Positions 57,354 through 64,000 of a stretch of 64,000 nucleotides of DNA are shown piece by piece. Where the stretch lies: assembly GCA_963713825.1 (NCBI GenBank), contig CAVQNG010000001.1, positions 160,001 through 224,000 on the forward strand. The letters run 5' to 3'. The stretch's first letter is position 1, and the number at the start of each line of letters is the position of its first letter. This DNA is from an uncultured Acidobacteriota bacterium (GTDB taxonomy: Bacteria > Acidobacteriota > Thermoanaerobaculia > Multivoradales > JAHEKO01). The translations under genes were made by a program, and so were the position numbers. Under the pieces are notes generated by a model. It worked only from the letters and a program-made list of their open reading frames with translations, did no database searches and was not told the origin of the DNA.

Positions 57354-57780
57354 TTTGGAGCTGGTCTTCCAGAATCCCGGGAGGTTTCGCGAGAGCAGGG
57401 CCCCACATCTTCGACGATGGCTCAGCGGCCTGGTGAAAGAGGTCGCCCCGCAGGCGGACAGCTTTGCCGTCAACTTCGTCAGTGAGGACGAGATGCGTCA
57501 GTTGAATCGAGTATTTCGAGATCGCGACGCACCGACCGACGTTCTCAGTTTTCCGGGTGAAACGAGTGCAGAGGGGTGCCACCTTGGTGATGTGGCGATC
57601 TCGGTCGAGGCCGCGAGACGCCAAGCCGGGGACAGAGGAAGGTCTTCGTACCGCGAGGTTCAGACCTTACTCCTGCATGGAGTGCTGCACTGTTTGGGCT
57701 ACGACCACGAAACCGACAACGGCGATATGAGTCGATTGGAATTTCGTTTGCGCCGCAACTGGATTCGCGATGACGAGTAG
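57343..57780 (+). CDS. ybeY: rRNA maturation RNase YbeY
   Basis: LN..FR..D.PTDVLSF, LGD..IS, HGVLHCLGYDH. Confidence 0.95.
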   Translation: MSRDLELVFQNPGRFRESRAPHLRRWLSGLVKEVAPQADSFAVNFVSEDEMRQLNRVFRDRDAPTDVLSFPGETSAEGCHLGDVAISVEAARRQAGDRGRSSYREVQTLLLHGVLHCLGYDHETDNGDMSRLEFRLRRNWIRDDE

Positions 57781-59029
57781 CTCCCTGATGTCCGCCAGCC
57801 TTCTGGCCCTCGCTCTGGCGGTCTTCACCGTGCTCGTGCAGGTTCTCGCCGCGCTGCTCGACCGTAGTGGCCCGATTCGCCTGCGCTACTGGGCGGAGGA
57901 GGCGAGTGGGCGAGTCTTGGGACTGTTCGAGGAACCGCTCAAGTTCGAGGTCTTTCGGTACCTGCTGAGCTGGTTGGCGAGGATGGCGACCGTGGCGCTG
58001 TTCCTGGTCCTGCTGGCGGTAACTCGGGGTCTCTGGTCGCCGCCATGGCTCGCGGCGATCGTCACAGTGGGACTGATTCTCGGCGCTACGGAATTGGTGA
58101 TTCGATCGTTGGTCGGTCGGGATCCGGAGCGGGCCTTGCGCCGCTTCACTGGTATTTACCGTGTCGCGTTGTTTTTCTCGATGCCGTTGATCTCGGTCCT
58201 GGCACCGCTGATGCCAGCAGCTGTCGTAGAACGAAGGGAGGATGAGGGCGAGGTCACCGAAGACGAGATCGAGGCGTTCCTGGATGTGGGAACCCGCGAA
58301 GGGATCTTGGAGCCGGGCGAGGACGACCTCATTCAACGCGTCATTGATTTCGGGGATACGATCGTAAGAAGTGTGGTGACCCCTCGCATCGACATGGTGT
58401 GCGCGCCTGTCACCTCGAGCCTGGAGACACTGGCAGAGCTCTTTCTGTCTTCGAAGCACTCCAGGATTCCGGTCTTCGAGAAATCGGTGGATCACATTGT
58501 CGGCATTCTGCACATCCGTGACCTTCTCGCGGGCCTCAGAGACGACGCAGCTCCGAGTGCTGTCGAATTGGCCATGGAGCCCTACTTCGTGCCAGAAACG
58601 AAACCACTCAACGAGCTGCTGAGCGAATTCCAGGCCCTGCATCTGCAGATGGCGATTGTTGTCGATGAGTACGGCGGCACCTCCGGCATGGTGACAGTCG
58701 AGGATCTACTGGAGGAGATCGTCGGAGAGATCGAAGACGAGCACGATGAGTCGGCACCCGTGAACGAGCAACTCGAGAATGGTGGCTGGCGACTCGATGG
58801 ACGAGTTCCCGTCGAGAGCTTGGACGAGCTTTTCGATGTCGAGCTCGAAGAGGAGGCCTTCGAGACCATCGGCGGGCTGATCTTCGGAACCCTCGGGTAC
58901 GTGCCTCAGCCTGGGGAGAGCCTGGAGATCGGCGGACTCGAATTTCAAATCGAGAGTGTCGAGCAACGCCGAATCAAGTCGGTTGCCGTGCGCCTTTTGC
59001 CACCGGTCGATGAAGGGGAGGCGAAGTGA
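57770..59029 (+). CDS. hemolysin/CorC family CBS-domain membrane protein
   Basis: N-terminal TMs, TPR.DM, HSRIPV, VVDEYGG..G.VT.ED..EEIVGEI.DEHD, CorC_HlyC C-terminus. Confidence 0.92.
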   Translation: MTSSSLMSASLLALALAVFTVLVQVLAALLDRSGPIRLRYWAEEASGRVLGLFEEPLKFEVFRYLLSWLARMATVALFLVLLAVTRGLWSPPWLAAIVTVGLILGATELVIRSLVGRDPERALRRFTGIYRVALFFSMPLISVLAPLMPAAVVERREDEGEVTEDEIEAFLDVGTREGILEPGEDDLIQRVIDFGDTIVRSVVTPRIDMVCAPVTSSLETLAELFLSSKHSRIPVFEKSVDHIVGILHIRDLLAGLRDDAAPSAVELAMEPYFVPETKPLNELLSEFQALHLQMAIVVDEYGGTSGMVTVEDLLEEIVGEIEDEHDESAPVNEQLENGGWRLDGRVPVESLDELFDVELEEEAFETIGGLIFGTLGYVPQPGESLEIGGLEFQIESVEQRRIKSVAVRLLPPVDEGEAK

Positions 59030-59982
59030 ACGACTCCGATCTCGGTAGCGGCGGGGGTGTGTCCCGCGTGATGCGGGCCGGCACCGTCGGCTTGGTCGGC
59101 CGTCCGAACGCCGGGAAGTCCACCCTCATGAACCGTTGTCTGCAGGAGAAGCTGGCGATTACCTCCGACAAGCCTCAAACGACGCGACAGAGGCTCGTCG
59201 GTATCCTGAGCGGAGATCGGGGCCAGATGGTGTTCCAGGATACACCTGGCATCCATCGCCCCAAACACAGGATGAACCGGCAGATGGTTCGCTACGCCGT
59301 CGAGGCGCTGGGCGATTCGGACGTTGTTTGCATGATGACGGACGTGCACCAGTCGTTCGGATCCGGCGAACGGTACCTCCTTGACCTCGTAGCCAAGGCT
59401 GAAGGTCCTCGAGTTGCGGTCCTGAACAAGGTCGACCTGGTCAGCAAGCCGAGCCTGTTACCCCGCATAGCCCTTTACTCGGAGACGGGGCTCTTCGACG
59501 AGATCGTCCCGATCAGTGCATTGACCGGGGATGGAGTCGATCTGCTCTTGGACCTCCTGTGGGGCTTCCTGCCCGAGGGTGATCCAATCTACGACCCGGC
59601 TCTGCTCACCATTCACCCGGAGCGGTTCCTGGTTTCCGAGCTGATTCGAGAGAAGGTCCTTGCCGCGACACGAGAGGAGTTGCCCTTTTCGACGGCGGTC
59701 CTCTTGGAGCAGTGGGAGGAACCTGAGGGATCCGAAAGCGAGCGCGGGACAGTGAGGATCTTTGCTTCCATCCTGGTGGAGAAGTCGGGCCAAAAGAAGA
59801 TTCTGGTCGGTAGCAAGGGCTCGATGATCAAAGAGATCGGCACCTTGGCACGCCTCGAACTCGAGGAATTTCTCGGCCGGCCCGTCTATCTGAAGCTCAA
59901 CGTCAGGCACGAGGCTGGCTGGCGGGAGAACCAGCGGCTCCTGGCAGAGTTGGAGGGGCAGGCCGCCAGCTGGAGCCGTTAG
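59026..59982 (+). CDS. era: GTPase Era
   Basis: GRPNAGKSTL, KPQTTR, DTPG, NKVD, ISAL, ELIREK, KH domain. Confidence 0.96.
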   Translation: MNDSDLGSGGGVSRVMRAGTVGLVGRPNAGKSTLMNRCLQEKLAITSDKPQTTRQRLVGILSGDRGQMVFQDTPGIHRPKHRMNRQMVRYAVEALGDSDVVCMMTDVHQSFGSGERYLLDLVAKAEGPRVAVLNKVDLVSKPSLLPRIALYSETGLFDEIVPISALTGDGVDLLLDLLWGFLPEGDPIYDPALLTIHPERFLVSELIREKVLAATREELPFSTAVLLEQWEEPEGSESERGTVRIFASILVEKSGQKKILVGSKGSMIKEIGTLARLELEEFLGRPVYLKLNVRHEAGWRENQRLLAELEGQAASWSR

Positions 59983-59995
59983 GCTCCGTCCCGTT

Positions 59996-60014
59996 GCACC
60001 GACGGCTTCGGTGC
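59996..60014. terminator. hairpin between convergent era and S1-domain genes
   Basis: GCACCGA-CGGCT-TCGGTGC 7-bp stem; no U-tract. Confidence 0.35.
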
Positions 60015-60015
60015 C

Positions 60016-61308
60016 TCAGTCCTTCTTGTTGGTGTCGAGCTTCCGGAAGGCGTCAGCCAGGGCGTTGAAACCCTGCGTGGGCTCACTCTGGCGCTGCTCC
60101 CGAACGTAGCTCTTGTAGTCGTTGCGACTGCCCTCGAGGGCGGAACCCTCGAGAGTGAGCGAGATCCGCTGACGACGTGAGTCCACCGATACGATCTGCA
60201 CCTGGACCTCCTTGCCGGGGGGGTAGACCCGTGCCAGCGAGGCGTCGCGAGGCAGCGAAATGACGGCGGCCGGCAGCAGTCCGGTGAGTCCTGGCTCCAG
60301 CTCGATGAAGGCCCCAAAGCTGGTTGTTTTCTCGACCTTGCCGGTGACAACGCTGCCGTCGGGAAATCGATCGTGAATCTCCTGCCAGGGGTCGGGCTCC
60401 AGGGCGCGCATGGACAGTGATATACGCCGTCCCCCTTTCTCGAGCTTCAAGATCTTGACTTCGACCTCCTGGCCGACCTCGAGGACATCGCTCGGATGCT
60501 CGATTCGCTGCCGGCTCATCTCGGAGACGTGCACCAGTCCCTGAACACCGCCGAGATCGACGAAAGCTCCGAAGTCCGTAAGGCTGGCGACACGGCCCGT
60601 CACCACACTGCCGGCTGTCAGTTTGCCACGTGCCTCCGAGCGAACCTTGGCCCGCTCACCGCGCAAAAGGGCAGCTCTCGAGAGGACGACCCTGCGCCCC
60701 TTCTTCTGGACTCTCAGAACCTGGAACTCGAGGGTCTTGTCCAGGTACTCACTGGGATCCTTGGCGGCGCCGAGCTCCATTTCAGAGCGCGGACAAAAAG
60801 CTGTTGTCGACCCGACGACGACGTGAAAGCCACCGTTGTTCCAGCCAATGACGCGTCCCTCGATCTCCGCCTTGTCTTGCATGGCCTGACGTAGGGATCG
60901 TACTTCCTCGTTCTCCCCGGTGGCTGCAGAATCGCTGTCTGCCTTCTTCGGCTCCGGGACGGTCTCGGCCACGGCTGTTGCTGCGGGAACGGTTGCGTCG
61001 CTCGATGCGACCTCGGTCGTTGCTTCGGAAGTGACTTCTTCGCTCGATTCGACTTCGGTCGTAGCTTCGGCAGCGACTGCCTCGCCCTCCACCACAGTCT
61101 CGGCAGCGACCTCTTCGCCCGCCTCGCCCTCCACCACAGTCTCGGCAGCGACTTCCTCGCCCGCCACGACCGCAGGAGTAGTTTCGGTGGTTTCTTCGGA
61201 GGAGTCGGTCATTTCAACAGGGCTGGCGTCTTCCTCCAACGGAGGCGAGACGGATTCCGAGGGTTCCTCAGGCAGGGCAGATGGGGATTCGACGTCTTTT
61301 TGACTCAC
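60016..61308 (-). CDS. S1 RNA-binding domain protein (three S1 domains, RpsA-like paralog with acidic N-terminal tail)
   Basis: NNGGF.V..AFCPRSE, LTDFGAFVDLGGVQGLVHVSE, TSFGAFIELEPGL.GL; about 135-aa E/T/A/V-rich N-terminus. Confidence 0.9.
   Translation of the reverse strand: MSQKDVESPSALPEEPSESVSPPLEEDASPVEMTDSSEETTETTPAVVAGEEVAAETVVEGEAGEEVAAETVVEGEAVAAEATTEVESSEEVTSEATTEVASSDATVPAATAVAETVPEPKKADSDSAATGENEEVRSLRQAMQDKAEIEGRVIGWNNGGFHVVVGSTTAFCPRSEMELGAAKDPSEYLDKTLEFQVLRVQKKGRRVVLSRAALLRGERAKVRSEARGKLTAGSVVTGRVASLTDFGAFVDLGGVQGLVHVSEMSRQRIEHPSDVLEVGQEVEVKILKLEKGGRRISLSMRALEPDPWQEIHDRFPDGSVVTGKVEKTTSFGAFIELEPGLTGLLPAAVISLPRDASLARVYPPGKEVQVQIVSVDSRRQRISLTLEGSALEGSRNDYKSYVREQRQSEPTQGFNALADAFRKLDTNKKD
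61079..61162 (-). repeat. 42-bp in-frame tandem duplication (GEEVAAETVVEGEA x2)
   Basis: 61079-61120 versus 61121-61162, 40/42 identical, differences synonymous. Confidence 0.9.
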
Positions 61309-61371
61309 GATGCGACGACCAGACTTATCGAGTAGGGGTGTGGGGCACGACGACTGTGACCGAGAAACCCT

Positions 61372-61401
61372 ATCATAACCGACCGTCGTGCGGACAGTGA
61401 A
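61372..61401 (-). promoter_or_regulatory. sigma70-type promoter for the S1-domain gene
   Basis: TTCACT-18 nt-TATGAT on the minus strand. Confidence 0.45.
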
Positions 61402-61413
61402 TAACCCGGCATG

Positions 61414-63354
61414 TCAACGCTCGGGACGAATGGCCTGGAGAGCCTTGGGATTCTGAAGGGAGGAGAGGTCTCCGAGCTCTTCCTGTCCCAAGTACTTGGA
61501 GCGGATCAGACGTCGCAGGATTTTGGCGCTACGCGTCTTCGGCAGATCCTCGACGTAGAGCACCCTTTCGGGGCGGCCGAGCTTGCCCAGGTGGCGAGCT
61601 ACGGCGTCAATCAGGTCTCGTGTCATAGCCTCCGATGGGGCATGGGGTGGCCTGAGCACCACAAAGCAGACTATTGCTTCGCCCTTGACGTCGTGTGGGA
61701 TGCCGATGGCGGCGGCCTCGCTGACGAGGCCGGTCTCGATCAGGACCCCTTCGATCTCGGCGGGACCAAGCCGCTTCCCCGCTACGTTGAGAGTGTCATC
61801 CGCTCGGCCGCGCAAGAACCACTGCCCGTCCTCGTCGATAATGGCCCAGTCGCCGTGGTTCCAGACATCCTTCCAAGTCGACCAGTAGGCCTCCAGGTAC
61901 CGTTCCGGATCGTTCCAAAGACCCCGGGTCATGGAGGGTGCAGGCTCAGTCGCAACCAGGTAGCCGACCTCCTCTCGAATCGGTGAGCCCTCTTCGTTCC
62001 AGACGTCGACCGCCATTCCCAACCCGGGTCCGACCAGACTGCAGGGCTTGATGGGCTGGACCGGCAGGGGAGAGAGGAAGCAGCCGATGAGATCCGTGCC
62101 GCCGGCGATGTTGATGATCGGGCAACGCTTGTGACCAATGGTCTCGAAGAACCAAGTCCAGGAATCCTCGTCCCAAGGCTCGCCCGTGGAGCCGAGAATT
62201 CTCAAGCTCTGCAAATCGTGGTTGGCGGGCACCTCGTCTCCGGCTCGCTGCAGAAGTCGAATCGCGGTTGGAGAGATGCCGAGAGTCGAGATCTGGTGTC
62301 TCTGCACCATCTCCCAAAGCCGACCGGGGCCCGGCCAGTCGATGGCCCCCTCGTAGAGGTAGACAGTGGCGCGATGAAACAGGCCGCCGATCAACATCCA
62401 AGGGCCCATCATCCAGCCGATGTCTGTCAGCCAGAAGAAACGATCGGCTGGCTTCATGTCGAAGGCGTAGCCGACCTCCTTGGCGATCTGCACCAGGCTG
62501 CCGGCATGGCTGTGTACCGTACCCTTGGGTCGCCCAGTCGTGCCCGAGGTGTAGAGAATCAAGGCCGGAGCCATGGATTCGACGATTTCCGCTGCGACTG
62601 GATAGCCGCTGCCGAGCTCGAGGAAGGCCTCCCAGTCGAGATCCAGGTCCTCATTCCACGGCACGTCGGCCTCGCCTCGCTGGAGAACGATGACCTTCTC
62701 GAGGGAGGGTACCGCCGCGACGGCTTCGTCCGCTTGAGGTTTGATCGACAGAGTCTTGCCGCGCCGTGCAGAGCCTGCCGCGGTGAACAGAATCCGAGCC
62801 TCTGCGTCGTTGAGTCGCTCGGCCACTGCCGCGGGAGCGAAGCCGCTGAATATGGGGATGAAGATCGCTCCGATCTGAATGGTGGCGAACATCTGGATGG
62901 CGACTTCGGCGGTCATCGGCATGTACGCTCCGACCCGGTCACCCTTGCCGATACCGAGTGCCCTCAAGGACGCCGCACACCGGCCCACCAGGTCCGCGAA
63001 CTGATGGTAGGAGTAGCTCCGCACGGTACCGTCCTCGTGCTCGGCGACAAGGCAGGTCCGGTCTCTATCTGCTTCCCCTTCGGCGTGCGCGAGACAGTTC
63101 CGGGTGAGATTCAGACGTCCGCCGACGTACCAGTCGGTCCAAGGGATGCCCTGCGAGGAATCGCGTACCTTGGTGAACGGGGTCTCGAACTCGATCCCCA
63201 GATCGTCGACGATGGCTTGCCAGAACCACTCCTGCTCGGCGACCGATCGCCGCATGAGGGCATCGATAGAGGCAATCCCGTGCCGTTGCATCAGGCGGGT
63301 CACATTGGCTTGGTCGAAGAGCTCTGGGGTTGGGTGCCAGACGAAATCGGACAT
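61414..63354 (-). CDS. acetate--CoA ligase / AMP-binding acyl-CoA synthetase
   Basis: YTSGTTGRPKG, DIGWMMG, GSTGEPW, HGD, GRADD, EIE, PKTRSAKILRR. Confidence 0.92.
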   Translation of the reverse strand: MSDFVWHPTPELFDQANVTRLMQRHGIASIDALMRRSVAEQEWFWQAIVDDLGIEFETPFTKVRDSSQGIPWTDWYVGGRLNLTRNCLAHAEGEADRDRTCLVAEHEDGTVRSYSYHQFADLVGRCAASLRALGIGKGDRVGAYMPMTAEVAIQMFATIQIGAIFIPIFSGFAPAAVAERLNDAEARILFTAAGSARRGKTLSIKPQADEAVAAVPSLEKVIVLQRGEADVPWNEDLDLDWEAFLELGSGYPVAAEIVESMAPALILYTSGTTGRPKGTVHSHAGSLVQIAKEVGYAFDMKPADRFFWLTDIGWMMGPWMLIGGLFHRATVYLYEGAIDWPGPGRLWEMVQRHQISTLGISPTAIRLLQRAGDEVPANHDLQSLRILGSTGEPWDEDSWTWFFETIGHKRCPIINIAGGTDLIGCFLSPLPVQPIKPCSLVGPGLGMAVDVWNEEGSPIREEVGYLVATEPAPSMTRGLWNDPERYLEAYWSTWKDVWNHGDWAIIDEDGQWFLRGRADDTLNVAGKRLGPAEIEGVLIETGLVSEAAAIGIPHDVKGEAIVCFVVLRPPHAPSEAMTRDLIDAVARHLGKLGRPERVLYVEDLPKTRSAKILRRLIRSKYLGQEELGDLSSLQNPKALQAIRPER

Positions 63355-63429
63355 GTCTCACCTCTCTGTCATCAAGTCTACGATAGGGAGGCGGCCAGGT
63401 CGCACCGAACCGTGGTGTAGCATCCTCGA

Positions 63430-64000
63430 ATGGACCGCACCAGGATGGTCATCGCGAACCTGATTGTGTATCTGGGCTTGTCGCAGGGAGGGGGCCTTGC
63501 CGAGTCTCCGCTGGCCGGGAGCCAGCGGCTCGATATTGTCGATCGTGCGATCGAGTATCACGGCGGCGACCGCTTTCGGGAGAGTCGGACACGACTCGAG
63601 CTGTGCTCGAAGCCCGGCTGCTCCGAAGTCTCAGCCGCAGTTCAGGGCGGCCTGTACGAGTTCCGCGTCAGAGGACCTTATCGTGGGGGCGAGCGTGAAG
63701 TACTGGTGACCAACGACCGGGTTCGGCATTGGCAAGACGAGCTCGAGGTGGAGGTGCCGCCGGAGAGCCAAGCGGCGCTGCGGGATTGGGCGATGGGTCG
63801 AGTGTACTTCTGCTTCCTGCCCTTCCGGCTCAACGACGAGAGTGTCATCAAAGAGGATCTTGGCCTCGAGGAGTGGTCTGGGCGCAACTTGCACAAGGTG
63901 AAGGTGACCTTCGTGCCTGGAACGAGCACGGACGCCGAGGATCAGTTCCTCTACTGGTTCGACCCGTCGAGCGGCCGCCTTGAGCAATTCGCTTACAGCT
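63430..64000 (+). CDS. DUF6503-like exported protein (runs off window edge; absent from the ORF track)
   Basis: Hand translation: MDRTRMVIANL..IVDRAIEYHGG..VYFCFLPFRLNDESVIKEDLG..HKVKVTF..DQFLYWFD..FAYS, matching the DUF6503 pattern. Confidence 0.7.
   Translation, partial: MDRTRMVIANLIVYLGLSQGGGLAESPLAGSQRLDIVDRAIEYHGGDRFRESRTRLELCSKPGCSEVSAAVQGGLYEFRVRGPYRGGEREVLVTNDRVRHWQDELEVEVPPESQAALRDWAMGRVYFCFLPFRLNDESVIKEDLGLEEWSGRNLHKVKVTFVPGTSTDAEDQFLYWFDPSSGRLEQFAYS

Noticed and set aside
1-64000. CRISPR arrays, IS/transposases, defence systems, selenoprotein readthrough, programmed frameshifts
   Set aside because: No spaced repeat arrays, DDE or tyrosine recombinase motifs, in-frame TGA within conserved domains or split core genes were seen by eye

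Overview
A GC-rich (roughly 63% by eye), gene-dense core-genome window from a diderm bacterium, most likely Acidobacteriota (probably Thermoanaerobaculia-like). The taxonomy is inferred from two tandem Acidobacterial VWFA-related proteins and the lysS-lolC-lolD-clpC-bamA-skp-lpxD-fabZ-lpxA gene order. It holds about 62 CDS and one tRNA-Arg(CCT). Functions include aromatic amino acid synthesis (aroC, aroB), aaRS (hisS, aspS, lysS), envelope and lipid A genes, many nucleoside salvage enzymes (hpt, PNP, mtnP, surE, apt, pdp), cinA-thpR-plsY-gpsA-guaA, and phoH-ybeY-corC-era. I found no prophage, IS, CRISPR or defence island. The best leads are: (1) a gene after ftsY that looks like an Fe-S-less spore-photoproduct-lyase-like radical-SAM remnant fused to a PolX-type helix-hairpin-helix domain; (2) strongly structured spacer RNAs before phoH (UUCG and GNRA-like loops) and before lysS; (3) a three-domain S1 paralog whose first domain is replaced by an acidic repeat tail; (4) a secreted beta-rich protein plus SGNH-dockerin operon; (5) an HD-GYP / Roadblock / ftsY cluster; (6) a pore-divergent MgtE; (7) spacers that duplicate the start of the downstream gene; and (8) several probably leaderless genes. 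All family calls come from motif recognition by eye; no searches were run.
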